Shown here one piece after another: positions 12,826 to 25,900 of a DNA stretch of 64,000 bases. The position numbers were made by a program, and so were the translations under genes. This stretch comes from Lepidodermella squamata (taxonomy: Eukaryota; Animalia; Gastrotricha). Positions within the stretch are counted from its first letter, which is position 1, and each line of letters begins with the position of its first letter. The DNA is taken from contig JBLDXI010000017.1 in the NCBI GenBank assembly GCA_047495785.1, forward strand, positions 2,108,001 to 2,172,000, in the 5' to 3' direction. The notes under the pieces are model-generated. The model saw only the letters and a list, made by a program, of their open reading frames with translations, did no database searches and was not told the origin of the DNA.

Positions 12826-14489
12826 TTTTGAAATCTACCACTTTAAAATTCTATGAAAAAAATCTGGCATGATACCTTTTGGAGCAAAAATGATAATGTC
12901 ATTGACGCACATAGTCACCTTGATGCATCGAAAGCCGTTATAAATTAGCCTAGGTAAAGTTACAGCGACAAATAACTCTGTTGTTCGCGCAATGTGGATG
13001 ACGTGCATCCGTTGAGATTAGCTCGAGAAAGACTGAATGCTCTTATGCAGTTTATAGATTCTGAAAACTGTCTTGCAAAGTATTGCAGCGCAGTTATTCG
13101 CCAAGATTCCCGAACGTGTATAAGACATTAGAGCCAGCTAATATAAGAAGCAGTATTCGAAGTGCGCAAATTTTTGCCCGACCGGAATTGAGCGATATAG
13201 AAAAAATAAAATTCGCATAAAATGAACGTAGAATTTATCTGACGCTTCTTTACTCTGGGCAGTTGTTGCGATCAATTTTTTGACACGCTCGACTAATTAG
13301 CCGCAAGGTGACCGAGGCTAAAATGTTTACACTGGAAATTACCTATATTCCGAGCTCGGTCAGCTCGAGCCTAAAGATATTTCAGAAAATTAATCGCGGC
13401 TTTTTAATCAGGCCGAGCAGAGCAAAAAAATGCACCTCAGAGTGGCGCCTGTCACTCTGGATGAAAAGACAAATGCTATAGTGTCAATATAGGAACTACA
13501 TCCTGGGCATTCCTGTTAAAATCGGACGGCGTGCGCTATTGTCAATGTCAGGTTGTAGCTATTTATTGAATTTGAGCGTGCGCTAACAGCTTTACTCTGT
13601 CTAAATTTATATTTCTATGATATTCTTCATCAGCAACTTCAAATTGCGGGTTGCCGATGCAAAACATTACCCAACATTTGATTAGTAACAGACATAGCCG
13701 TTAATAGTCGATTAATTCAACGTGGCAAGCATCGCAGCGTTCAAGGTTTAATGAATAGCGCAAATTTCTATTTAACTAATTTTATGCCCCCGCTACGAAG
13801 ATCCTGGCGGTAAATTTTAGCCGTGAACTTGAACACCTTTAATAGGCGTGCGACCGAGCATTCCGAAATTCTTGTCTTATTATTCTAGGAAAAATATGTG
13901 TCTCCATATTAAAAAATATTTAAAGCATTGTTGTTGTTTAATTGGCGGATGGTAATGAGGCATGGTTTAACAATCATGACACCGATTATGAACAGTTTCA
14001 AAGAATGACCTCACTAAAAGGCCTTAAATGACAGGGGCGCTATTAGAAGCGACATATTAACATTTTTTTATTGTGTAAAATGAATTATATAGGTAAATTT
14101 GATAATTATTGGCAAATTTGAAACTTCTGATAAAATATTAGTATAAATTTACAGCTGGACGCCTACTATTACGTTCTCGATTCTCGAGGACCAGGCAATT
14201 TCCCTCATCGAAAGGTCTCGAACACCGTATCGTGGGTACAGTAGATGAAATGTTCACATTTTTACTGGCCGTTAAAAATTTGCAGCCCGGCATCTATCAT
14301 ATATACACCAGGCGTCATAAATCGATCATGCTCAAGATTTACATGAAATGTCTTGGGAATGCGGGCAAAAATCGAAATAACGTAAATGTACTCTGAGTCA
14401 TTACAAGGGACTCGGATTTTCCTTGTAAAAAAAACGTTGCATATTTATTGAAAATAATAATATCTATCAGAATTTAAATCGCCCTAAAT

Positions 14490-14969
14490 TTATCTTGTAT
14501 GCGGTCTGTCCGTAGAAAGTTTAGCTTTTGGCGTGTAGTTGCGGAACATTTTTCTCGCCAAAAAGTTTTGCCAGATGTAAAAGCTCGCAGTTTGAGTCAC
14601 ACAGACCGATCTTGATTTGAAATGCTCCAAGCATCGTTGCATAGCTTCGGCTTTCTCGCGCTTCCTTGCATGGCGCAGCAGCTTGGACAACTGATCGAAT
14701 TCTCGATTTTGCAGCAGTGTTCGAACAAAATCTTCGACTGTAAATAAATAATATAAAAATTCAGCGATTTTTTGTTGACTAAAATTACCTGAAACATTTT
14801 GGTTTTCTCGGCGAAAGTCTTTGTACAACAATTTTACAGTCAAGTAGCCGGCTTCTTTGGACGATTTTGCATCGACTTGAACACTTGAGCATTGATGAAT
14901 TAACGAAATCAGAAATATCGCGATAGGAATCGTGTTCAAGTTAGCCGCGTTTAAAGACAAGGCAAGCAT
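14490..14969 (-). CDS. Small secreted helical protein, copy B (intron 14788-14738)
   Basis: Signal-like IPIAIFLISLIHQCSS. Exon 2: DFVRTLLQNREFDQLSKLLRHARKREKAEAMQRCLEHFKSRSVCVTQTASFYIWQNFLARK. Confidence 0.8.
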   Translation of the reverse strand: MLALSLNAANLNTIPIAIFLISLIHQCSSVQVDAKSSKEAGYLTVKLLYKDFRRENQNVSGNFSQQKIAEFLYYLFTVEDFVRTLLQNREFDQLSKLLRHARKREKAEAMQRCLEHFKSRSVCVTQTASFYIWQNFLARKMFRNYTPKAKLSTDRPHTR

Positions 14970-15835
14970 GTTGTAGTATATCTTCACTAGTTTTCTACGT
15001 ATAATTAATTTTCCGCACTGCCATTGACATTCATTCGATTTTCCTCCTACAACGCCTCTGCACTGCGAGGGAACTGCTTGTATCACGGATGTGTCACGGC
15101 TACAAAACACTGCTTTGGGAGTTCGCCAATGCATTATTTAAACATTTTTCTCCGTCTGGTCCTCTATGATATTACAGCCGCGTCTGCTATATAGATGACA
15201 TTTTAACGCGAAAAACACACGCTTAGGTGCGTTGTCCTAGAAATCAATAAGAACACCATTAAGTGCCTCTCTGTGATCAGGATATGCGTCTATTCAACTG
15301 ATCACCATATAACAACAGTTGGTGTAAAATTTATGCACGCATGAAAAGTATAGATAATCAGTGAAATCATGCCCAAATCTACTCAGCATGTCTTACATGT
15401 GATGGCAAGTAATCGGGACTTCCGAATGTTGATTGGTGACCTAGATAATTTTCTATTTCCTAATTAGTTGTTGGCACGATATCGCGACAAGAAGTCCGGC
15501 TAGATTAATGTCAAATAGATTTTTGTATGCCAACATGTACATTTTGATGATATGATGCTGCTTCCAACAGGAGTCATTTTTCACTTGTGAAAATCACTAA
15601 AAATGAGGTAATCTGAATTCTAACGGACGACTGCGCTTTCTTTAGCAAAAATAAATTAACAAAAAATGGAATAATTTCCATGCAATTTCCCTGTCTTATG
15701 CATTTATGGAGCAGTATTTCGACCTTCTTATTTATTTATTTATTATTAGGAAAACGAATAACGGAGCAGTACAACGTTATGGAGATTCCGAAAATGCTAA
15801 AACATTACGAGCAGCTATTATGAATATGGATAACA

Positions 15836-16376
15836 TTATACATTAGTGTTTCTGGACCACGATTTGCCAGTTGATTTAGATTTTAAAGCCGGTTCATTCC
15901 GGTTCTTTTGATGCGTTTCGCGAAGCCGTTTCGCCTCGATTTGTTGCCAGATGAAAAACGGTGACGTTTGCTTGCATATGGAACGCGATTTGAATTGCTC
16001 GATGCATTTAGCCATGATTTGATCTTTCTCCTTTTGACGGGCGGCTTTCAACATCTCCCGCAGAGAGTCGACATCGCCTTGTTCCAATTTCAGTCGAATA
16101 AATGATGAAACTGCAAAAAAATCAATCAAATTAATTTTAAATTCAAGCTGAATATTTGATCTACTTACTTGAGGTTTTACCAGCCGTGTCGCTTAAAAGG
16201 TGAGGCGATGTAGTGGTTGTCGGCTTTCGATGCTTTGATTTCAGCCCAAGGGAAGCTAACGCATATCGGTTGGAATTTAGAAGGAGGGCAGGGCTCAAGG
16301 AATCGGCCAGCTGAGCGAACGAACAAGGGAAGCTCCACAGAAGAACTGAAACGGATAATAGCTGAGCGAAGAGCAT
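15836..16376 (-). CDS. Small secreted helical protein, copy C (intron 16168-16111)
   Basis: Signal MLFAQLLSVSVLLWSFPCSFA. Exon 2: SFIRLKLEQGDVDSLREMLKAARQKEKDQIMAKCIEQFKSRSICKQTSPFFIWQQIEAKRL. Confidence 0.8.
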
Positions 16377-18233
16377 TTCCAACTGTGTTGTAGTATATAG
16401 CGATTAATTCCTTTCACAGCGACTATAAAATCTAAAGGATATAACAAAACAGGTGAAATCGAAAACTGTTATCGATTCGGTTGTCCAACTCGAGACACGT
16501 GCCAAAAGGCTAAATTTTCTAGATTTTTCCTGGACAGGGGGAGGAGCAGTGAAGCGACGAGTTTGAGTTTATGTTTCCAGAATGCTACTAATGAATCGAT
16601 TTTGAAACTAACATACTGTGCTGTTGGCGAAACATTGTTCAAAAAACAAGATAATATCTAGGTAATCGGACACCGACGTGTTTTCTGCGCGCATTCTCTG
16701 CTTTTGTCTGATTTCCGGGGTTCATGACCTACCTGGAAACCTAAATCGATCATATTAAATCGTATTAAAATGAAAAACGCGAGGTGGAGTAATAAAAAAT
16801 GGTAGATATAAATAGTTGTTTGCTAAATCCCCAAATTAAAATTTCCAATTCCCAAAAGGACCTCGGACCTATTGACGCAGCTATGTACCTAAAATGTGCG
16901 TCAAACGTGGGGAAAAAGTATGACTACGCTACCTCGGCTGTTGATGAAATTCAGGAGAGGTTAAAGGGCTACAGTTTGTTTCGAAAAGACTGGAGGACAG
17001 GGACAGTGACAGGGACATTTTTTAGAAATAAATTGTTATTTTTTCACTTATTTAGCAGTTTTATGACAAACGGTGCACATTCGAAATTTTTGGGACAAAT
17101 TAGTTTTTGCCTGTCCCTTATAAAATACTGTGTTTCCTGCCTAACCAAGCCAGCCTCGGCATGATGTTCGGAAGGAAAACGAAAAAGTGACAAATTCAGC
17201 GAGAAACGGGCGGACGTTGGACGTTAGTTTTTAGCCGCGTCATTTCTCTTAGAGTTGGCAAGCTATTACATTATTTCATAGGATGGTTTCTAGGTCGCCC
17301 GCTTGGTTCCCTATTTTTTGTAAGAAATTTTCGTAAACAACGAGAATTGAATTAAGAATGGGGAATTAATTGCACATGATGGCGCGCGTCTCTTGAAAAG
17401 GCGCGCCTATTTTTATAATTACGTTATTCTAGTTCGGAAAAATTACAACGGCAATATTCGATATAGCGCTCGCGGCCATTACGCGCTTGGTAAGCTCTCA
17501 ATTAGCCTTCCTTATGCGATTTAAAACATCCGACGGGTCACTATTATATGGAAAAAAAACGAATTTCAGCGTAGTATATCGATCTGACCTCCCACGAGAT
17601 CTTTCGGTATATAGGGATTAATCCAATGCAGGCGGATTAAAATAATCGTATATTTTTCATCTAATTGCGAAAACTGATAGTATTTAGTGATAAAAGTGGA
17701 GGTGAAAAAATACTACGCTTTTTCCGAAATTCTGCAAAATGGTCGCTTGCTTGAGAATTTAAACATGTTTGCCTACAACTGTTGTTAGATACGTTCTGTC
17801 TGGGTCTGTCTACCGTGCGTGGTTGTTAGATCTAGGCATAGGTCCTTGAATTGTTTTCCTGTTTACCCCGCGATTGCAAATAACAAAAAATCGCCACTCG
17901 CCACCGGACTATCGCTCGTAAAAAAACATTAAAAGCGATGGCTAGCTTGTTTGGGTCAGCAGTGGGCAAAACAGCCACGCGCTGATGCGGAGGCAGTTTT
18001 TACGTCAAAATTGCGATGGTTTAATGGTCTTCAATCGATAAAACACTCATGGACATTTTCAGCTGATTTTTTGTTGCACCGATCTGAAAATTTTACTGAG
18101 ATGAGCATTGTAGGATAGCTCAATAAAAGTAACAAATAAATTTACTTAAAAATTTCGGAAATTTTTTGAAATTAAAACCACTAATAAGTGCATCATTGGA
18201 TAGTATGAAAAGGTCAGTGAAGTAACGTCATGT

Positions 18234-18655
18234 TCACGCGTTTCCTTCCATGATATTTTTCGCCATGAGTTGCGCCCAGATGTAGAATGAAGTCGAATGC
18301 GTACAGACGGCAACGGAACCGAGTTTTTCAACGCATTTCACTAGCCTTGCACGGTGGTTCTCTTTGCGTATCAGTGCTACAAAATTTTCAAGGGCCTGGT
18401 GATCGCGCCTTTGCACCATATCTGTGATCATCGTTTCTGCAAAAGATAACAGTACGTTAGAGAAACTGGAAAGAAATGCGATGAGAAGAACTTACTGATA
18501 GAGCTTAATTGATGCTGTTTAGCTTCAGCTGAAACTTCCGTTGGCCTATGGCGTTGTAAGCGGATATTCGCACTTTTCTGGCCAAGTTTCAGGCCCTGAG
18601 ATTGTGTCGCCATTGAAACTATGACGAAGCTTAGCAGTAAAATCCAAACATTCAT
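18234..18655 (-). CDS. Small secreted helical protein, copy D (intron 18495-18437)
   Basis: Signal MNVWILLLSFVIVSMATQSQG. Exon 2: MITDMVQRRDHQALENFVALIRKENHRARLVKCVEKLGSVAVCTHSTSFYIWAQLMAK. TATATAA lies ~50 nt upstream. Confidence 0.8.
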
Positions 18656-20689
18656 TGTTTATAATATGGAGTGAGATATTAAATTTCGGGATGTTTTTCC
18701 ACCTTATATATATTCGCTTGCCAATTGCCAAGGACACTCTATATATTCTATGATTGATGGGCATCGACGACGACAGCTTCTCGCGTGGTCACTATTCCAG
18801 ACGACGTCAAGGTTGAACAGACAGACAAGGCTAAGGCCGCAGGGCGACATGTGTTAGCTAACCGTTGAATTCCTACCGCAGGCCTTTATGATCTGTCCAT
18901 TTTTTAGATTCATGCAATTTTCTGCTATTGAGTGTCTGATTTAAATTCATCATGGGTAACGATATGGAACAGTGTTTACTACGAAATTTGACGTATAATT
19001 AAGGCTAGTTTAATCTCGACTAGGAGAAAGCTCAATTTTATTACCTATCGTCAATCAAAAATGATCTCAAAAGTGCAACGGACGAATTAGGCATTGATAG
19101 AAAATTATACACAAACCCGCCATAAATTTTATTAGTGAAAAATATCGTAAAGTTAATTGCGAGCAGTCACTTCATAAAGCTGCGGGGTTCAATCATGCGC
19201 TTCGAAATCAGTTGTGACCACAAAATTAACGACGCTGGCCGGGCACAGATGTCATGAGAACCCATGACTTGCATACATCTCGCCATTTTCGCTTCGTGAT
19301 TGTGACGTCGCAATTCGTCGCCAAATCGCTCGATATCACCGAAGTCGCGCCGCTTTAGCAGCTCTACAATTTTCGCATCTTAACGGAAAATAATTGTATT
19401 CAAAGATTTGTTCGCCTGTTTCTTACTAATTTTGTAGAAAGGAATCGCCTCAATGCTGCCGATATCATTTTTCGATTTTCCAGCGATGATTTGTGCCAAA
19501 TAAAAAATGAGCGATGAACAAACTAATGATTTATTGCAAAATAATGATCTCATTACTAAAATATTGAAAAATTAACTAATTAGGTCCACTGACTGGAGGC
19601 TGAGCATATTATTTTCATTATCATGACAGCGCCATTTCCCAGGCCTATGTCCAGTGGTGAAGATGCGAATGAATTCCCAGATCTCATCTATTTTTCCACT
19701 CATTTGCGTGGACAAGTCCGCTCCTATTTCCTTCTGGTGCCGCCGGGAATGAGGTTTAAATTTATCATCACCAGCCTTGTTCGAATGATTACCGAAGCTT
19801 CGTTAATGATATTGGCCTCATTCAAGACGCTGCGGTCGTTATTATAAATAGGACTTGTCTTAATCAACCAGCCATTTTCGAGACAAAACCGGGCCGTTTT
19901 AGGTGCACTTGTTTCTGTCAAGAACGTTGACAACGTGACAAGATATCGGCATGTCGGAACCGTCTCGCTTCGAAAGGACTTTATGGGATAGGATGAATTG
20001 ATATCAAAGTAAACAAGAAAATTAGGCTGGACAGGGTATAAATCAAAATTTTAGCATTTTTATTTCAAAAAATGAACAACCTTTTTGCACGAAACACGTT
20101 TCATTTTTTTATATTATTACTATCATTATAACAACCTTGATAATACTCGTAAAATTTTCCACACATTTTTTTCATGTCTTCTGGCCAAAACATGATCAAT
20201 CACGTTCGAGTTATGAGCTTAACATTTTTTTTTGTAATCCATAAATGATATTATAAATATAATATTTTTGTTCAACGAATAAAGAGGTATAAATCATATC
20301 GTCAGAGCGCGCGCCGTACAAAAAATTGAAGAACAATTGAAAACGAAAATTGTTATTTACAAAATGACATCCAAAACCATCTATATTATGATATGTATAA
20401 CTCGAAAGCCACAGCCTCAGAGGCGAGACGAAAATCATGACCAAAAAAGGCAGTATCTCAAGCAGAAAACCTGATACAAAAAAATGCCAGCAACAAGAGA
20501 GAGAAATAAATCCGAATCGGCAGTCCGACAGAAATTAAAGCTTCCGATTTCATTGTAATTATTTCTATCGGCGCAGCCGTTGAAAGGATCAGGTAGAAGA
20601 CAGAGATTCGAATAGAAATAATACCATATATATATTTATATATATATTTATATATAGCACTTTGATTTTTCGTTGATATGAACTAATCG

Positions 20690-22912
20690 TTAAAATGCTT
20701 GATAGCCTTCGCTCGGCGGCGGCAATGAGTCATCTTTGCTGAGCTGTTTTACGGTACCAGGCGGTGATGTTGCGATATGGCTAGGTGAAATCGACCCGTC
20801 CTCACTGCTGCCACTCGAACTGCTGCTGCTTTCAGGCAGTGGCGTTACACTCGGCGGGATGGCTCGGTTTTTAGTCACCTTACTCATCGCATGGCCGTTG
20901 CTACTACTGCTCGACGAACTGCCCGGGAATTCGCTGCCGTAGCGATGCGCTGGATTTGTAAAGGCCGAGAATACGCCGTCGTTGCGGCTAATTATCCTCG
21001 CCTGATTTTCAACACCACTCGCGGCGGAAAATGTGAATTTGTGCGCGCTGAACACCCTGCGTCTGTAAATGTAAAGAGGAGCTCCTATCGCGACGCCAAG
21101 TAGCAAGAGGCCGCATAGGACGCATAGAACAACAATGGCTGCTACGTTCAGGGTACCCTGGCCTTGGGTAGATTCGCCTAATTTTGCGTAGATGTCACGT
21201 GACCGCGACCAGTACGTCTCATTTATCCACGCCTGCAGCTGGCTTCGAACGGCTTTCCCGCTGAAATTCGCCGAAAACGCGACCTGGCCAACAATTTCGA
21301 TTATCGCCAGGCCCGAGTCGTCTTTCAATGGCAATAAGTAGGCCGTTGCGGCTGTTGTAGCCTTTAAAGCCGAGGTTTTCCGCGCATTAGCCGCCCCGTC
21401 GCAAGCTAGGGTAGATGAATTACTCAACAGGGCTACGATAGATTCATCGACAATAGCATTCGAGGCGACGAGTTCGGCCGCCTTCAAAGACACGTTATTC
21501 AGGTCGTTCTGAAGAGCGTAAGCGAGGCGTGACGAGATTGGGACAGCGACGCGGAACTGCCGGAATGTGTCGACACAGTGCCAGTGGTTGACTTGTTCCG
21601 GCTCGGGTCGATGTTCGCATAGAAATCCGGCAGAGCAAGGCTAAAAAATCGGGAAATTTATTTTCGATAGAAAAAAGCTGAATGCTGAAAACTGATTTTC
21701 GTTAAAATTCGTGATTTTGGGTTTGGAGTGAAAACACATTTTTATTAAAATTTGTGGACATCCTTAATCATTGAGACCAGTCGGGATTCATCTTCCCTAC
21801 CTTGGGAAAAATTTTCAAAATTTTCAAAATTAAACTTCAATTTTAAGTTCCCTCCAAAGTTTCGTCCTAAGTTACGATAATTTTGAATTGGATAGAATTT
21901 TAGGATTTCTTACCGTGAAACATTTTTCCTCCGGATTTGGAAGACATTCGCCGGTTGGGCAGCCACTTGAATCGCGTTGAATTCCATGACTGCAGTAAAT
22001 GCTGTGCGGGAACATTTGGGGACATCTGTCTTGCAGCGAGCATTCGTGCTTCGGCATGCGGTGAATCACCCCAGGCCGGTCTGTTGTCTCGTCACCCTGG
22101 GCACTCAACTTCTGCCGACTGCCCGGCAACTCGCCCCAGTATTTACCCTCATTGTCGAAGTTGATGAAGCAGAAACACGTGGAGCTATTCGCGTCGCAGT
22201 AGTTGCATTGCCAGCGATCGAAAGCCCGCCCGCCGCTCGATTCGTCACACATCAGTAAATCGCAGCCGCTGAACGACCGACCGGCATCGGTCACGTTCCA
22301 CAGGTGTTGCAGGCAGAGGGGCAGCTGGGTTACTAAGGGCGCCTCTAACCACGGCCGGGTGCAAGAACGGGTTCCGATGGGTGCATGCGGTTGATCTTTG
22401 TTCGAAGTGGCGACAAAACTGGGACAACATTTCCACAGCCCGGGGCAGTCAGCGTCGAATTGGCAACCGTCCGGCTGTAGTTGCGGCCAGTCGTAAGCAC
22501 TTTTTCCTAACACTTCTAGCGTAGGGCATTGGCCGAATTTATACATGTCTAAAAAATCCGAATTAAACTTCACAAATTATGAGATTGGTGTGATAATTAC
22601 CATGAGTTTTATATTGACACCGATTTCCCCAAAATCCGAGCTGGCAATCGCACCGGCCATCGTCCAACCGACATTTCCCGTCATTGAGACAGCCGTTTTT
22701 TGAGCAATCTTAAAAAAATCACAAGTCGATTTAATCGAATTTTTCCAATTGATTAAAATCAACTAACCATTACAAAAATTCGGAACTTTGAGCAGAGAGC
22801 TTTCTACGTTGAGATCGGCCTGGCACGAGTGACTTGAAATAACCGCGATAATTGACGATATGAATAGCCATGTTCTAGCTTTTTGGCAACAATTAGCCAG
22901 CCTCGAAGGCAT
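20690..22912 (-). CDS. Type I membrane protein: signal, EGF-like, WAP, thyroglobulin-1-like, antistasin-like, stalk, TM, Ser/Pro-rich tail (about 4 coding exons)
   Basis: EGF CSKNGCLNDGKCRLDDGRCDCQLGFWGNRC. WAP KFGQCP..CQFDADCPGLWKCCP..C. Thyroglobulin-1-like WQC..TCFC..G..GELPGS. Antistasin-like CSHGIQRDSSGCPTGEC. TM VAAIVVLCVLCGLLLLGVAIGAPLYIY followed by RRR. Confidence 0.7.
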
Positions 22913-25900
22913 TGATGTAGTGACCAAGTACAGCCAATGGCGCCGGTTAGTCGAAATCATCTCACCCAATAAGAGGAGTGATGTGTATGTAAAATGAGGT
23001 TAATAAACACCTAGAAAAACCAAATATATGTCTTAGCAAACAGTGCTATTGTCGAGATTCAGTTTAGATAAAAGCGGTGGGCATGTTTATTATAAGTTGT
23101 GCGCGAGAAAAAGCGCTCAGTGTGTGCGCATTTTTGCGCTCTCTGGGTTAATTAATTAGCCGGTCGCGGTTGCAAAGTGTCTCGAGCAGCTGGTCTTGTT
23201 ACACTGTTATCATTTTATTATATTGTCACTATATAGGTAGGTATCGAGCCAAAAGCGGCCCATTGAAAACAATGATGTGTTGGCCGGTGATAATAATGGG
23301 GAAAATTCTACGTGTGTAATATATCAGCGATGAAAAATTACTGTTTTTCTAGAAAACGTAAATATACATCACGTTTTAAAATAAAAACAATCACTACAGG
23401 TGGGCTTGTCATTTATAATAATAAGGCGGTGTTTCAGTATTTTCCGTAATGTTTCATCAGGCACGTGAGTCGTCGGCATAACGACGTGAAGTCGTTAATT
23501 CTTATTTTTACTTATATAATATAACGTATATATTACATTCTTGCCAGTGCTAAGGCATCAAGGTCTTGAAAAGGCGCAAATTTAACCGTGCTCGAGTTGA
23601 TGATAATATGTTACATCAGGCGAAACGGTAATAATTTTCTCGAAAAAAGCAATGACTTATCGCGGCAGTATAGTAGAAAAATTGTTATTATTATTTATAT
23701 ATTTTTTCCCCGCTGTATATAAAAATGCTAGATTTTTGAAGAGCGTGTGTTGAGCACATGCATAGGTGTTAGATAAATAATAACCGTAAAGCTCGGCTCC
23801 AGCAGCAGCAGCAGCAGGTCGACGACAACAAGCCGATGATGATGATGATGTAATATACAGCGCGTGAAATTGAGAACGTGCCGCCGCGCCGGATCCGCTG
23901 CTCGTTTTTACGTGGTGTTTTGCAGCAGAGGCGCAAAAAAAGCAGGCCGCGCGCAAAATGATGGGCACGCGCGCGCTTTGAAAAATTGTTTTAGTAATAA
24001 TTATGAGAAAACACACGGCGCGCGCGCTATAGCCTAGAATCAACATTATCACGGAGCTGCTTTACAAAAAGAAGCACCTCTACCAGCAGCTAAACAAGTG
24101 ACATCACAACCGGCATTAAAAAAAGACCCCATTTAAAATACGCAAATAAAGATTGATAGGCAACCTGGCCAAGTAGGGATACTTATGTATCCTTGGAGTG
24201 AAAAATCCTATAGAGCGACTATTTACCAGCCGAAAATATCCCCCGTGTCAAAGGTGTGTTTTGTAATTTTTTTTTCTTAAAACAAATTAATTTTAGACTA
24301 AGGAACTTTAAGGCAGATTTTCTATTTTCAGGCAGACCAGCTCACTGAAATTTCATCCACTTAATGAATTTCTGAGAATATACGTAATAAAAAATGCAGG
24401 CTAATTGTCACGGTTTCTAAGATAGCCCAAGGCGTATGAAAAGCCGATTAAGCGGGGAAATTTCAGCGGAAAAAACTGCAGTTGCAATTAAAATAGGCGG
24501 ATTAAAATGAGGTGAATGGCGCGTTGACAATGTACAGCAGCGAGTTTTCGCTGTTCTTCGCCGCGGCTGTTACTTACTTGAGGCCATCATCGCTAAAACA
24601 GGCTGAAAGTGTTTTAGCATGCCAACGGCACTAGAGCGGGCAGTTGATAAAAGACAAACCGCTACACTCGTTCCTGTCCAGTTTAAGTGCCTGGAACGCG
24701 TATATGCGTTACAAGTGCGCTAGTGAAGGGAAACACTACTATAATATAAGTTGAAGTAGTACCATGAAAATCGTCATGCGAAGTTGAAGCGAAAAGAATA
24801 TTTATAATAATAAGTGTGCCTCTTATCGGTAGTGGCTCTGTTATGCCTACAGTTTTGTTTCCAGTTAGTAAAAGCTAATGAGAGCAATATATGTGTAAGT
24901 ATAACGTTGCGCTGTTTCAAGCCGCCGATCGCTATCTGAGCGGATTTAACCCGCGCTGTGAACTTTCCGTCGTGGCTGATGCTGTCGACGCTCGCACGAG
25001 CTGCGCGAGTGCGTCGAAGCGCGCACGCATCAGCTTTGTGCGCTCGTTTTAAAAATAACAACAAACCGCGCGCAAGAGATACCCCTCAATTAAAGCGAAC
25101 TTGATCTCACAGCTGTGGTGGATAAGTAGTAGCAGTGACAAACACGCTGAAAATAACAATAATAACGCACAGCAACGGTAATTCACTACATACGTATAAG
25201 CGTATGATGACGGCTAGCCGGGCAAATAATATCGCATGTCATGGTTTTTGTTTTGCTAAGGAGGCTGCCACTTGAGTATAGAGCAATACAGTGTAAGCTC
25301 ACTTTTACACAACGCTAATCGCGAGTCTGGGAGGCGATGAGCTTGATTGCCGTCGAACGCTACGAGCAAACAATCAAAACAGGCGACCCTCGACGCGTGA
25401 AAACCGGTGCTAGACAGCGAATATGTCCTAAAACAAGCGACGCGTAATGAAGGTAGGGCGACAAGATTTATCGCCGTGTCGAAAGTTCCACTACTCGCGC
25501 GCGTCTTTTACGCCTCGGCTGCTGCTGCAATAAAACTGGTGTCACATCCGCGGCGCCGCTTTTAGCACGAGCGCGACACGCTTTGATTTTGCCGACACGT
25601 TAACAGCCGCCGCCGAGCGGCGGTGGTAGCCGTCGAGAAAGACTTTTATGGCGATGGCGCTGAAAATTTTTCTTCATCGAAAGCTGCTCAAGAAGAAGAA
25701 GACGACGACGTGTGACCAGTCTCTGTGCGAAAATTTGCGGCCCGAGTCGAGCAAATATTGCCTACTCGTACAACGCGAAATCCGCGGCATTGTTTGCCGA
25801 AGCCAGAGCAGGTTGGGCCAAAATTGGCACTCGGCAGCTCATCAGCGTTTCCGCGATCCGTACTCGCGCGAGTCAAATGCCGCGCGCGCTGGCCACTAAT

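Noticed and set aside
14970-15134. N-terminal 55-aa extension of the 214-aa ORF
   Set aside because: Paralog comparison and signal-peptide position favour the ATG at 14969.
19623-19990. Short ORFs as a possible transposase remnant
   Set aside because: No catalytic motif or TIRs found.
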